A stretch of 64,000 nucleotides of DNA from Actinomycetota bacterium (GTDB lineage Bacteria; Actinomycetota; Actinomycetes; Nanopelagicales; Nanopelagicaceae): positions 5,815 to 69,814 of the forward strand of contig JAQBVO010000006.1 in the NCBI GenBank assembly GCA_027728065.1, in the 5' to 3' direction. Under the pieces are notes generated by a model. That model saw only the letters and a list, made by a program, of their open reading frames with translations. It was not told the origin of the DNA and made no database searches. The translations under genes and the position numbers were made by a program. Every line of letters starts with the position of its first letter. Positions within the stretch are counted from its first letter, which is position 1. Of the stretch, positions 37,092-46,874 are shown piece after piece.

Positions 37092-37736
37092 ATGCTCCTT
37101 CATTCGGCTCAAAAAATGCGCCGCATCACTGCAGAGATTGGCGAACTAGATAAGAAATTTGCTCCACTTATAGCTCGGCGACCTCTGTGCACTATCGGAA
37201 GGAGTGTGCGCAGCGAAACAAACTTTGAATCACTAGTTAGTTCGATTATTTCGCAGCAACTTGCCACCAAAGCAGCTGAGACTATTTATGCACGTTTGGT
37301 ACTCGCTTGCAAAGGTCAGATTACTGCCCGTAAATTACATTCATTAGCTGATAATGATTTTCGAACAATTGGCATCTCTGGGGCTAAAACCCGCACTATC
37401 AAAGGGTTATCTGCTGCTGTCCTTAATAAAACTATTCCAATCGAAAACATCGATGAAATTCATAAGGACCAAGAGATATTTGATGCCCTTACTTCTCTCT
37501 GGGGCATTGGGCGATGGACCGTTGAAATGTTTATGATGTTTCAATTAGGACGTCTGAATATCTGGCCGACTGGTGACTTAGCGATTCGACGTGGATGGGA
37601 TATTGTGCACAATAATCGTGAAGAGATTTTGCCTAAAGCCCTAGATGCCAAAGGTGAGAAACTTCAGCCATACCGTAGCGTCGCTGCCTGGTATTGCTAT
37701 CAAGCCGTTCATGAAGCGCGTGGTTTGGAGTATTAA
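37092..37736 (+). CDS. DNA-3-methyladenine glycosylase II (AlkA) family protein
   Basis: FESLVSSIISQQL, helix-hairpin-helix LWGIGRWT, PTGDLAIRRG, PYRSVAAWY. Confidence 0.9.
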   Translation: MLLHSAQKMRRITAEIGELDKKFAPLIARRPLCTIGRSVRSETNFESLVSSIISQQLATKAAETIYARLVLACKGQITARKLHSLADNDFRTIGISGAKTRTIKGLSAAVLNKTIPIENIDEIHKDQEIFDALTSLWGIGRWTVEMFMMFQLGRLNIWPTGDLAIRRGWDIVHNNREEILPKALDAKGEKLQPYRSVAAWYCYQAVHEARGLEY

Positions 37737-38146
37737 ATATCCTCAAGAATGAGTGAGACCGAATTAATACACCATCGCTGATCGGTTGGAACATCATAAC
37801 CCTCGCCTTTAAAGACATGGCCTAAGTGTGAACCACAGGCGGCACACCGTACTTCAGTACGAACACGTGGGAAGAGCGAGCGATCTTCAATAAGTTCGAC
37901 TGCATCATCGGCAGTTGGTGCATAAAAAGATGGCCAACCACAACCTGAATGAAACTTGGTCTCACTCTTAAAAAGTACTGTCCGACATGCTTTACATTTA
38001 TAGATACCTATCTTGTCGGTGTCGGTGTATTCACCTGTAAAGGGCCGTTCTGTTGCACCCTTTCGCAAAACATCATACGAGAGTGGATCTAGCTCTGCAG
38101 CAAGCTCGCTCTCGTTAATAGTAACTGGGTAGTTCTCTTTGCTCAT
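37733..38146 (-). CDS. msrB: Peptide-methionine (R)-S-oxide reductase
   Basis: TERPFTGEY, CKAC, SGCGWPSF, RTEVRCAAC.SHLGHVF, RWCINS. Confidence 0.96.
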   Translation of the reverse strand: MSKENYPVTINESELAAELDPLSYDVLRKGATERPFTGEYTDTDKIGIYKCKACRTVLFKSETKFHSGCGWPSFYAPTADDAVELIEDRSLFPRVRTEVRCAACGSHLGHVFKGEGYDVPTDQRWCINSVSLILEDI

Positions 38147-38670
38147 ACCCGAAGGCCAGCCGTTGGATATGCAACACCGGTACTGGAGTGGCAGTCATAG
38201 CCATTGGGATTCTTCACTAAGTATTTCTGGTGGTACTCCTCAGCCGGATAATAAACAACACCATCGGCTGAAATTATCTCAGTTGTAATCTCATCTAGAT
38301 TTTTAGCAGTCAGTACTCCTTGATAGAGATCGCGCGATGCAACAGCGGTAAGATGGTGCGCCGGTGTCGTTGTATATATAGCGCTGCGATACTGAGTGCC
38401 GATATCACCGCCTTGACGATTAAGTGATGTTGGATCGTGCATCGTCCAAAACTCTTCTAATAGGCGTTGATAGATAATCTTTGATTCATCAAATGTAATT
38501 TTTACCATTTCAGCATGGCCTGTAGCGCCCGTGCATACCTGCTCGTACGTTGGATTCTGTGCGCTCCCACCCATATAGCCCACAGATGTTTGAATCACTC
38601 CAGAGATCTGCCAGAAACGGCGCTCGGCTCCCCAGAAACAACCAGTTGCAAAGTAGGCAGTTGAACTCAT
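38143..38670 (-). CDS. msrA: Peptide-methionine (S)-S-oxide reductase
   Basis: GCFWG, GY.GG..NPTYEQVC, HDPT..NRQG.DIGTQYRS, AEEYHQKY; start moved to ATG 38670. Confidence 0.96.
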   Translation of the reverse strand: MSSTAYFATGCFWGAERRFWQISGVIQTSVGYMGGSAQNPTYEQVCTGATGHAEMVKITFDESKIIYQRLLEEFWTMHDPTSLNRQGGDIGTQYRSAIYTTTPAHHLTAVASRDLYQGVLTAKNLDEITTEIISADGVVYYPAEEYHQKYLVKNPNGYDCHSSTGVAYPTAGLRV

Positions 38671-38740
38671 AATCCCAAGTCTGACAGTTTCACAGCTAAT
38701 GCGCACCCGCTGATAACCTTGGCCCTGTTGCACCCTTTGA

Positions 38741-38812
38741 GCCCCCGTAGCTCAGGGGATAGAGCACCGCCCTCCGGAGGCGGGTGCACAGGTTCGATTC
38801 CTGTCGGGGGCG
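38741..38812 (+). tRNA. tRNA-Arg(CCG)
   Basis: Acceptor GCCCCCG/CGGGGGC, D-arm GCTC..GAGC, anticodon arm CCGCC-CTCCGGA-GGCGG, T-arm ACAGG-TTCGATT-CCTGT; CCA not encoded. Confidence 0.97.
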
Positions 38813-38980
38813 CGCGATAGAAATCACCTTTGAAATCTGGAAATCTTTTCGCGCTCATCCTTGTTATTAAGGACAATAGAGGAGAGAATTAGCCTCTTGC
38901 GCAGCAAAAAGTATGCGTATTACCAATGATGGTTCTAAGCGTTTGAGCCTGGCTACGGCTGGGTTAGAGGAGGCGCGCTC

Positions 38981-39250
38981 ATGGATTGGCGACATAGATC
39001 GGCCTGCCGCGATGAGGATCCAGAGCTATTTTTCCCGGTAGGAAATACCGGACCTGCAATTAGCCAGATCGAAGAGGCGAAAAAAGTCTGTAACCGCTGC
39101 GCCGTTAAAGAGCCATGTCTGGCCTGGGCACTTGAGAGCGGTCAGGATGCTGGTGTCTGGGGTGGTTTATCTGAAGATGAGCGCCGCGCCCTCAAGCGCC
39201 GTGCCGCCCGCAACCGCGCGCGCCTACAAGAGCAGCACAACTCTTTTTAA
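38981..39250 (+). CDS. whiB1: WhiB family Fe-S transcriptional regulator, WhiB1-like
   Basis: MDWRHRSACRDEDPELFFPVGN, four Cys, GVWGGLSEDERR; convergent with pdtaS as in mycobacteria. Confidence 0.9.
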   Translation: MDWRHRSACRDEDPELFFPVGNTGPAISQIEEAKKVCNRCAVKEPCLAWALESGQDAGVWGGLSEDERRALKRRAARNRARLQEQHNSF

Positions 39251-39266
39251 TTAACTCTTCTGCGCG

Positions 39267-40748
39267 CTAGAGCGGAAATCGAAGTGTTACCGTAGTTCCT
39301 AAATCGGTGGAAATTAATTTCAATACACCCATCAACTCATTTTCGGTCAAGGTACGCACAATCTGTAAACCTAAGTTAGATGATGTTGCAAGATCAAAAT
39401 CCTCGGGAAGTCCTACCCCGTCATCGGTAACTGTAACAACACACTCATTGCTATAGCGTGCAAGTTTGATTGAGAGCGTTGAACCCTGATCGGCTAAACC
39501 ATGTTCAAGGGCGTTATGCATTAACTCAGTAACTACTAGCGACAGAGGTGTTGCAAGACGCGATTCGAGTGATCCTAGGTGACCATCGCGCACAATCGTG
39601 AGTTCGCCCATACGCGGACTGAGCTCGAGGGCATGAGAAATTAAACTTGTTAGGACCTCATCGAAGACGACACCTTTTTCGCTACTGCTAGATAGGGTCT
39701 CATGAACGAGTGCAATGGATGCAATTCTTCGTACCGCTTCGTTAAGCGCCGAAGATGCTGCTGAATCTTGAATTCGCCTGGCCTGTAATCGAAGTAGCGC
39801 CGAGACTGTCTGTAGATTGTTTTTGACCCGGTGATGAATCTCGCGAATCGTCACATCCTTTGTAACTAGTTCGCGATCACGCCGACGTAACTCTGTGACA
39901 TTTTGCAACAAAACAATGGCACCTGTGCGATCTTCACCTGCAAGTAATGGAAGAACAAGTAGATCAATCGTTGCCCTTTGATTATCAATCTCAACGCGAC
40001 GCAAAACCTTGCCGTTTAACCGGGTACTAATCGCCTCCTCGTGGGCATCCGGTGAGTTTTTAATAACAGATTCGGCGACGTCACCTAACTTAAGATTTTC
40101 AATCTCGCTCTTAAAGCCCATACGACTAAATGCCGATCTAGCGTTAGGGCTAGCGAATGCGATAACACCATTGATATCCAGACGAATTAATCCATCGCCA
40201 ACACGAGGTACCGGCTCAAAGAGTGAACCTGCATCTTTATATGGAAATCTCCCCTCGGCGACCATGCGATATAGAGCATGGGCGATCTCACGATAGTTAA
40301 GTTCAAGTGCGCCAGGAGAGCGCATCAACTGCGCGTTACGGTGACGCGAGATAACAGCGATTACCGCACCTTCGAAAAAGACGGGGATTGTCTCCTCTTT
40401 AATCATAAGTTCGCCGATTTTTTCCGGCTCCGAATCCCGACTAATCTCTCCACTAGAGAGTGCCTCATCGATGCGGCTGCGACTACCCCACATAACTTCA
40501 TTACCGATAACATCGTCGATAAAAACCGTTGCCGCTGTAGTTGGTCGGATATGCGCAACTGCAACATGGCCGCTGGGCCACAACTTCACATCTTTTCTAA
40601 TCGGAACCCAGAGAATTAAATCGGCAAATGAGAGATCTGAGAGTAGTTGCCAATCTGCAACTAATTCGCGTAGTCGGTGTGCCTGATCAATTGTTATCGA
40701 ACTACGCCCATGAATGAGATCCTCAAACTCTGGCATCGCTATTTCCAA
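39267..40748 (-). CDS. pdtaS: Cytosolic sensor histidine kinase PdtaS (Rv3220c-like)
   Basis: WQLLSDLSFADL GAF-like N-terminus, IREIHHRVKNNLQ, ELMHNALEH, DDGVG, LGLQIV. Confidence 0.9.
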   Translation of the reverse strand: MEIAMPEFEDLIHGRSSITIDQAHRLRELVADWQLLSDLSFADLILWVPIRKDVKLWPSGHVAVAHIRPTTAATVFIDDVIGNEVMWGSRSRIDEALSSGEISRDSEPEKIGELMIKEETIPVFFEGAVIAVISRHRNAQLMRSPGALELNYREIAHALYRMVAEGRFPYKDAGSLFEPVPRVGDGLIRLDINGVIAFASPNARSAFSRMGFKSEIENLKLGDVAESVIKNSPDAHEEAISTRLNGKVLRRVEIDNQRATIDLLVLPLLAGEDRTGAIVLLQNVTELRRRDRELVTKDVTIREIHHRVKNNLQTVSALLRLQARRIQDSAASSALNEAVRRIASIALVHETLSSSSEKGVVFDEVLTSLISHALELSPRMGELTIVRDGHLGSLESRLATPLSLVVTELMHNALEHGLADQGSTLSIKLARYSNECVVTVTDDGVGLPEDFDLATSSNLGLQIVRTLTENELMGVLKLISTDLGTTVTLRFPL

Positions 40749-41125
40749 CCATCTAACTCTTGGGCAATTTCTTGTGTGGCAAACCAGATAAGTTCATCCC
40801 CATCTGCAGGGAGCAGTAAGGCACATTGGACCTGACTCCAGATTATTGGCGCAGTCAATGTCAGTGAGTCCTCATCACTTTCACCACACTGGGCTTGATC
40901 TAGCTCAATGGCTAAAACTAACCCTGGGGCAGTCTTTGATAATCGAACTTCGCGCGCTGCCTCACCTGCTAATACCGATAAGCGATACTCAATCTCTTCA
41001 TCATCGCACTCTTGATTATCGCTAAGAAAGGCTGGAGTAGGCGCAAAGAGTTTATCGGCCTCAAAACGCTGATCTGCAAGAAATCTCACGAGATCACTAT
41101 GACTCATGGGAAGGTAGACGCGCAT
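40739..41125 (-). CDS. Conserved actinobacterial hypothetical protein (DUF6912-like)
   Basis: MRVYLP start, EEIEY, WFATQE end. Confidence 0.65.
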   Translation of the reverse strand: MRVYLPMSHSDLVRFLADQRFEADKLFAPTPAFLSDNQECDDEEIEYRLSVLAGEAAREVRLSKTAPGLVLAIELDQAQCGESDEDSLTLTAPIIWSQVQCALLLPADGDELIWFATQEIAQELDGWK

Positions 41126-41144
41126 GTGCTGATGATATTAGAAG

Positions 41145-42245
41145 TTAATGCTCAATCTCACTGGCAATCTTGGCTATTGATTTACGCAGGCCAGAGCGCT
41201 CATTGACCTCGATGAGAGTTGATTTCTGCGCCTCGGCAGCCGTTGTCGTGCGGGTATCTCGGGCGATAACTCGAAGATTTAGTGGACGAAGCGCTGTTGT
41301 AACTGCAAGAAACTTGGCTTCTTCCTCTTGGCCCTTGCGACCTTGAGCGCGCATATTAAGGGTAAAACTCAACGCGCTTCGAATAGAGGTTTTTTCGATC
41401 AAAGAGCTCACCTGCTCTAAGCGGTGCATGCCTAATACATCAGGACGTGCGACAACCATTAACTCATCACCTTGATCACAAGACCATGTCGTCATTGTTG
41501 AGGTCCAACGTCGATCAGTGAGGCGATTAGATAGACCCGAGATAGACCCGAGATCAATAATGATGTGATCAAATGATGCAGTTGCCTGCTCCATGAATGC
41601 ATCGATTGAAGTTGCCTGATCCTGTGCGATCTCAGTGATCGATAATGAGGGTGCAATAGTGCGCCAACCCGATTCGCCGTTGACGTTTCGTATGGCAAGT
41701 AATGCTGCAACCGAGGGCGCACGAAAATTTGCATCGATCAATAGTGTTGTCTTTTCAATAACGCTAAGCTCCATCGCAATATTGATAGCCAACGTTGTGC
41801 ATCCCGTATTGCTGCCAGCCGAGCCAATTGCAAGGACGTGGGCTCTACGTCCTAGGCGGGCAGGTTGGGTGTTCTGTCGCAGCATGGGTGCCCTCACATA
41901 TGCGCGGACCAGGCTTATGAGATCTGTTGCAGTTGTTGGTAGCGAGTGCAGTTGGCCCAAAGCACCATCCTTTAATGGCTCATCCGAGAAACCAACGAGT
42001 TGTTTAACCTTTGGAGCCATTGCATCTAATCGCTCACGAGTGATTCCACATAGATCGGGGGCAAATATTAAGATCGCACTACGAGCATTTTCAGGGTTGG
42101 TTTTTAAATAACTCTCTAGTGAGTCAGAATCAATTGCACGAAAGATCACACTCCAACCCTGCGCAAAGAGAGTGCCTGCAACAAAGCCCTCAATCGCAGC
42201 GTTAGCAATAGCGGTGATGACCGTAGGAAGTTCTAGATCAGACAT
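41145..42245 (-). CDS. CpaE/TadZ-like protein (degenerate receiver domain plus MinD/ParA-like domain)
   Basis: GSAGSNTGCTTLAINIA Walker-like loop, LLIDAN, IIIDLG, VVARPD; start set at ATG 42245. Confidence 0.65.
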   Translation of the reverse strand: MSDLELPTVITAIANAAIEGFVAGTLFAQGWSVIFRAIDSDSLESYLKTNPENARSAILIFAPDLCGITRERLDAMAPKVKQLVGFSDEPLKDGALGQLHSLPTTATDLISLVRAYVRAPMLRQNTQPARLGRRAHVLAIGSAGSNTGCTTLAINIAMELSVIEKTTLLIDANFRAPSVAALLAIRNVNGESGWRTIAPSLSITEIAQDQATSIDAFMEQATASFDHIIIDLGSISGLSNRLTDRRWTSTMTTWSCDQGDELMVVARPDVLGMHRLEQVSSLIEKTSIRSALSFTLNMRAQGRKGQEEEAKFLAVTTALRPLNLRVIARDTRTTTAAEAQKSTLIEVNERSGLRKSIAKIASEIEH

Positions 42246-42837
42246 GTGAACGGACCACCACCAAGCGACCATGAGTTGTTGCACTCAGAAGTCGTAGAAC
42301 TTGCGTCTGATCAACTGCAACAGTAAGTGCGGCATCTGTTCCAAAGTTCTTGCTCTTTTGATCAAAAGAAATTACTCTGACTCCCCCTAAAATCAAAACT
42401 GGATCAACTGGTAACTCTTTATTGTGGCTATCGATAACCCAATAAATATCAACACCCTCCCCAAAGGCAATGCCTGCAGCTAAATCGACGGCGCGAATAC
42501 TTATTGGGACCGCGCTTGCCGCTATGAGATTGCTACTCGAACTCACCCCTTGACTACTTAGAATCTGGCCTGGAGTAAGAGCGCCTACCACGATTGAGCC
42601 AAGGGGATCATCGGCCTTTGCTAAGTAAAGGGATGCACTCGAATCTAAATCAAAGTGTCGTAGTTGGATATCGCCAGTAACGATCTGATGTCCAGGTGCC
42701 ATATCAACGGCTGCAACCCAAAAATCGCTGCCACGGTGGGAAATAGTAGCCAGAAAGAAGGCTGAGAGAAAGGAGGCGATGATTAAGGTAATTGCCAGTG
42801 GTGTGCGAGAGCGTGAAACGGCCTTTTTATATGTCAT
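42238..42837 (-). CDS. SAF-domain protein (CpaB/RcpC-like)
   Basis: N-terminal TM, WVAAVDMAPGHQIVTGD SAF start, GEGVDIY, LTVAV; start set at ATG 42837 (ORF track begins at 42891). Confidence 0.7.
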   Translation of the reverse strand: MTYKKAVSRSRTPLAITLIIASFLSAFFLATISHRGSDFWVAAVDMAPGHQIVTGDIQLRHFDLDSSASLYLAKADDPLGSIVVGALTPGQILSSQGVSSSSNLIAASAVPISIRAVDLAAGIAFGEGVDIYWVIDSHNKELPVDPVLILGGVRVISFDQKSKNFGTDAALTVAVDQTQVLRLLSATTHGRLVVVRSHV

Positions 42838-42927
42838 AGCGTGAACCCAAGGGCAAGGCTGCGCACAATAGCCAGCTATATCCACACTCATTAATTGGGA
42901 TGAGTCAATCTCATCGATTTAGTTGAG

Positions 42928-43488
42928 GTGAGCCCAACTATGCACGGTAAATCTTGCTCCATGGACACTAACCCGATCTACGATGAGCTACCTTCATTTA
43001 ATCGAATCACACTGACCACTATTTCAAGTGATGAGAACGAGGACTGGCTACACCCAGTGCTTGAAATCTTTCGCCCACAACCTGCTCCTGAACTGATGAA
43101 AAAGAGCAGGCTCTATCTCCTCCCAAGCCTTTTTAATGATGAGTTCGATCCCGACTTTGCCCCTGAACCAACTTCGGCCGAGGAGCTTCCAGAGCTTGTG
43201 CAGTGGTGCACTAACTTCACGCGCAATGTCTTAGAGGTATATGCCGGACGTAGACAAGCGGGACAACTAAGTAAGCAGTTTCACCATCAAATCTTAAGCG
43301 AACTCATCAAAAACTCTGGAAGTGAGAAAGAGATAGGCAAGGTAAGAAATCTGCATATAAGTCAGCCTCTTGATGGAATCTGCGAAACAACTGTCACGGT
43401 TCGATTTGGAGATCGCTTGCGCGCACTCTTGTTTAGGTTCGAAGGTGTCGATAAGCGATGGCTATGTACTGCACTGCGATTACTTTAG
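42928..43488 (+). CDS. Rv3235 family protein
   Basis: [13 protein letters not shown]..., [24 protein letters not shown]; convergent with secA, the usual position for this family. Confidence 0.75.
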   Translation: MSPTMHGKSCSMDTNPIYDELPSFNRITLTTISSDENEDWLHPVLEIFRPQPAPELMKKSRLYLLPSLFNDEFDPDFAPEPTSAEELPELVQWCTNFTRNVLEVYAGRRQAGQLSKQFHHQILSELIKNSGSEKEIGKVRNLHISQPLDGICETTVTVRFGDRLRALLFRFEGVDKRWLCTALRLL

Positions 43489-46151
43489 GCAACGCCGTGA
43501 CAACGCTTATATTTCTTACCTGAACCACATGGACATGGTGCATTGCGCGATACCTCACCAGTTTTTCTAACGCCTGTTTCATCTGCAGCGGTGTATTGCA
43601 AGGCAGTTGTCGGCCTTGCCTCAAGACCTGCCCCTGTGACCTCATTGTTTGAGCTCTCAACGGTAATCTCGATATTAAATAGGAAGCCAGCGATTTCTTC
43701 CTTAATCGCATCCATCATCGCTGAGAAGAGCTCATAGCCTTCGCGTTGATATTCAACGAGTGGATCACGTTGTGCCATCGCACGCAGGCCAATGCCCTCT
43801 TGCAGATAATCCATTTCATACAAGTGATCGCGCCATTTGCGATCTAGGACCGAGAGTAAGATTTTGCGCTCGAGCTCTCGCATAACTTCAGCACCCAGAC
43901 TCTCCTCGCGCGCTGCATAGGCCTTTTCGCAGTCCTCAATAATGCGCGCGGTAAGGAAATCTGCATCAAGTGCGCCGCGTGAGCCGACCGATGCGATGAG
44001 CTCATCGGCGCTAAATGAGATTGGATAGATGCTCTTGAGCGCCTTCCAGAGAGTATCTAAATCCCAGTCTTCGGCATATCCCTGTGACGTTGCGACGCTG
44101 ACATAAGCGCTTAAAGTCTCACGGACAAACTCGGCGACTTGATCTTTAATATCTTGGCCTTCAATCACCATTCGGCGCTCACCATAAACGACCTGGCGCT
44201 GGCGATTCATGACATCGTCATACTTCAAAACATTTTTACGCATCTCAAAGTTCTGTGCTTCAACCTGGCTCTGTGCTGAGCGAATCGCGTTACTAACCAT
44301 CTTGGATTCAATCGGGGCATCCTCTGGAATTCCAGCGGCAGTTAAAAAGCGCTCGACCATTCCTGAGTTGAAACGGCGCATGAGTTCATCCTGCAATGAG
44401 AGATAAAACCGTGACTCACCGGGATCTCCCTGTCGACCTGATCGGCCACGCAACTGATTATCAATACGTCTAGATTCGTGGCGTTCGGTTCCAAGAACAT
44501 AAAGACCACCGAGAGCTATTACCTCTTCATGTCCCTTTGCAACGGCGGCTTGCTGCCGTGCAATCTCATCGGGCCAGGCCGCTTCATAGGCTTGGGCATT
44601 TTCAACGGGAGATATTCCGCGGCGCTGGAGTTCAAAGTCGGCCATGAACTCTGGGTTTCCGCCGAGCATAATGTCGGTACCACGACCTGCCATATTTGTT
44701 GCGACAGTAACTGCGGCTAATACTCCGGCGCGGGCGATGATTGCCGCTTCACGCTCGTGGTGCTTGGCATTGAGCACTTCATGGGCAACGCCGGCTTTAC
44801 GTAAGAAGGTCGAGAGCTCCTCTGATTTTTCAACACTGACGGTACCGACTAATACAGGCTGGCCCCTGCGATGCTTTTCAACGATATCAGCGGTAACTGC
44901 TACAAACTTTCCAGCCTCTGATTTATAGACTAAATCGGCTTGGTCGATACGAATCATGTCACGGTTAGTAGGAATTGCAACAACACCGAGCTTATAGATC
45001 TGATAGAACTCAGATGCCTCAGTCATAGCGGTACCAGTCATACCTGATAACTTGGAGTAGAGGCGGAAATAGTTTTGCAAAGTGATTGTTGCTAGTGTCT
45101 GATTTTCATCTTTGATTTCAATGCGCTCTTTGGCTTCAAGGGCTTGGTGTAGGCCTTCGCTATAGCGACGGCCTGACAACATACGGCCCGTATGCTCATC
45201 GACGATTAAGAGTTCACCATTCATGACTACATAATCCTTATCGCGCTTAAATAACTCTTTAGCACGCACAGCATTGTTGAGATAGCCAATCATCGGTGTA
45301 TTAGCAGCCTCATAAAGGTTATCAATTTGTAGTAGCTCTTCGACCTTTGTGACACCCTCTTCTAAAATTCCAACGGTCTTCTTCTTTTCATCGACTTCAT
45401 AGTGAACGTTGCGTTGTAATTTACCAACGTGATTTGCAAATTCGACGTACCATTTCGTTGCCTTGTCGGCTGGTCCACTAATAATCAAAGGTGTACGTGC
45501 CTCATCGATTAAAATCGAGTCAACCTCATCGACGACTGCAAAGAAGTGATCGCGCTGGACGCACTCTTGGAGTGACCAAGCCATATTGTCACGAAGATAA
45601 TCAAAGCCAAACTCATTATTTGTGCCATAAGTAATATCAGCTAAGTAAGCCTCACGTCGTTGGGCAGGAGTCATATTGGTCAGAATTACTCCAACTTTTA
45701 GACCTAAGAAGCGATGAATACGTCCCATCCACTCGCTATCGCGCTCTGCTAAATAATCATTTGTAGTAACAACGTGTACACCACGACCTGCCAAGGCATT
45801 TAAATATGAAGGAAGGGTTGCAACCAGCGTCTTACCTTCACCTGTACGCATTTCAGCGATATTGCCGCGGTGAAGGGCGGCGCCACCCATTAACTGCACG
45901 TCATAGTGGCGCTGGCCCAAAGTTCGCTTAGCTGCCTCTCGGACAACGGCAAAGGCCTCTGGCAATAGATCTTCCAGGCTCTCACCGTCTGAGTACCTAC
46001 TCTGAAAGAGCGCCGTCTGTGCGCGAAGATCGCCGTCAGAGAGTGCGCTTATACGTGATTCATGTCCGTTGACGGTGGCAACGACCTTGCCAAGTTCGCG
46101 TAAGAGGCGTCCCTCACCTGCACGCAAAATCCTGTCAAAAAACGCTGGCAT
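43485..46151 (-). CDS. secA: Preprotein translocase subunit SecA
   Basis: [44 protein letters not shown]-terminal [13 protein letters not shown]. Confidence 0.99.
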   Translation of the reverse strand: MPAFFDRILRAGEGRLLRELGKVVATVNGHESRISALSDGDLRAQTALFQSRYSDGESLEDLLPEAFAVVREAAKRTLGQRHYDVQLMGGAALHRGNIAEMRTGEGKTLVATLPSYLNALAGRGVHVVTTNDYLAERDSEWMGRIHRFLGLKVGVILTNMTPAQRREAYLADITYGTNNEFGFDYLRDNMAWSLQECVQRDHFFAVVDEVDSILIDEARTPLIISGPADKATKWYVEFANHVGKLQRNVHYEVDEKKKTVGILEEGVTKVEELLQIDNLYEAANTPMIGYLNNAVRAKELFKRDKDYVVMNGELLIVDEHTGRMLSGRRYSEGLHQALEAKERIEIKDENQTLATITLQNYFRLYSKLSGMTGTAMTEASEFYQIYKLGVVAIPTNRDMIRIDQADLVYKSEAGKFVAVTADIVEKHRRGQPVLVGTVSVEKSEELSTFLRKAGVAHEVLNAKHHEREAAIIARAGVLAAVTVATNMAGRGTDIMLGGNPEFMADFELQRRGISPVENAQAYEAAWPDEIARQQAAVAKGHEEVIALGGLYVLGTERHESRRIDNQLRGRSGRQGDPGESRFYLSLQDELMRRFNSGMVERFLTAAGIPEDAPIESKMVSNAIRSAQSQVEAQNFEMRKNVLKYDDVMNRQRQVVYGERRMVIEGQDIKDQVAEFVRETLSAYVSVATSQGYAEDWDLDTLWKALKSIYPISFSADELIASVGSRGALDADFLTARIIEDCEKAYAAREESLGAEVMRELERKILLSVLDRKWRDHLYEMDYLQEGIGLRAMAQRDPLVEYQREGYELFSAMMDAIKEEIAGFLFNIEITVESSNNEVTGAGLEARPTTALQYTAADETGVRKTGEVSRNAPCPCGSGKKYKRCHGVA

Positions 46152-46190
46152 CGCTGGGCCCTCTCGTATTTCATAGCTGAATTAACCCTC

Positions 46191-46826
46191 CTATCGTAGA
46201 GGTTGGGCAACGCAAGCGGTAACCGAGGCAAGGACCTGAAAACCCTGACTGGTAAGGGCTCGGGCGGCATCTCGTAAAGTCGCACCGGTCGTGACTACAT
46301 CATCGATGAGAATGAGATCTCCGCGTGGATATGCACCTGCCTTGATGGCAAATGCACTCTGCATATTGCGAGCACGAGCGCTGGCATGTAACCCGCTTTG
46401 GTCACGTACTTTTCGCACAAGCTCGAGCGAGTCAGATAATGGAAAACTGGTCTGTGCACTAACACTGCTTGCAACATCAACGATGAAACTACGTCCGCGA
46501 CGGCGACGGGCAGATTGCGAAGATGGTATAGGTACTAATCGAATATTGTGCTTGTCAAAGTTAGCCTGTGATAAGACATGCACAATTGCATCGATTACTA
46601 AGTCATCGGCCCCCTTTAAACCGCGCTCCTTAGCTGCAAGAAGTATCTTGCTTGCAGTAGGTGAGTAAATCACTGCTGAATGAACGCTTACTTGCGAAAT
46701 ATGTGTTAAATAATAATGGGGATGCCATTGGATTCGACATGTCGAACAGATCGATAATCCAATTGTTTGGCAACCAAAGCATCGAGTGGGGAAAAGGAGT
46801 TGGCTTAAGGCATTAATCGTAGGCAT
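46191..46826 (-). CDS. comF: ComF family phosphoribosyltransferase-like protein
   Basis: CFGC...C N-terminal Zn motif, VPIPS...RRRG, RDQSGL, LIDDVVTTGATL. Confidence 0.85.
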   Translation of the reverse strand: MPTINALSQLLFPTRCFGCQTIGLSICSTCRIQWHPHYYLTHISQVSVHSAVIYSPTASKILLAAKERGLKGADDLVIDAIVHVLSQANFDKHNIRLVPIPSSQSARRRRGRSFIVDVASSVSAQTSFPLSDSLELVRKVRDQSGLHASARARNMQSAFAIKAGAYPRGDLILIDDVVTTGATLRDAARALTSQGFQVLASVTACVAQPLR

Positions 46827-46874
46827 TACCCAAGGCTAAGAGCGAAAAATAAAACGAGAATCTAGATGTGGAAA

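Noticed and set aside
38741-38980. tRNA-Arg(CCG) as a possible integration site
   Set aside because: No duplicated 3' end or integrase nearby; flanked by core genes (msrA, whiB1)
42886-42915. Overlapping inverted repeats ACTCAT-N8-ATGAGT and GATGAG-N5-CTCATC between the SAF and Rv3235 genes
   Set aside because: Arms are only 6 bp and no candidate regulator is evident; could be chance
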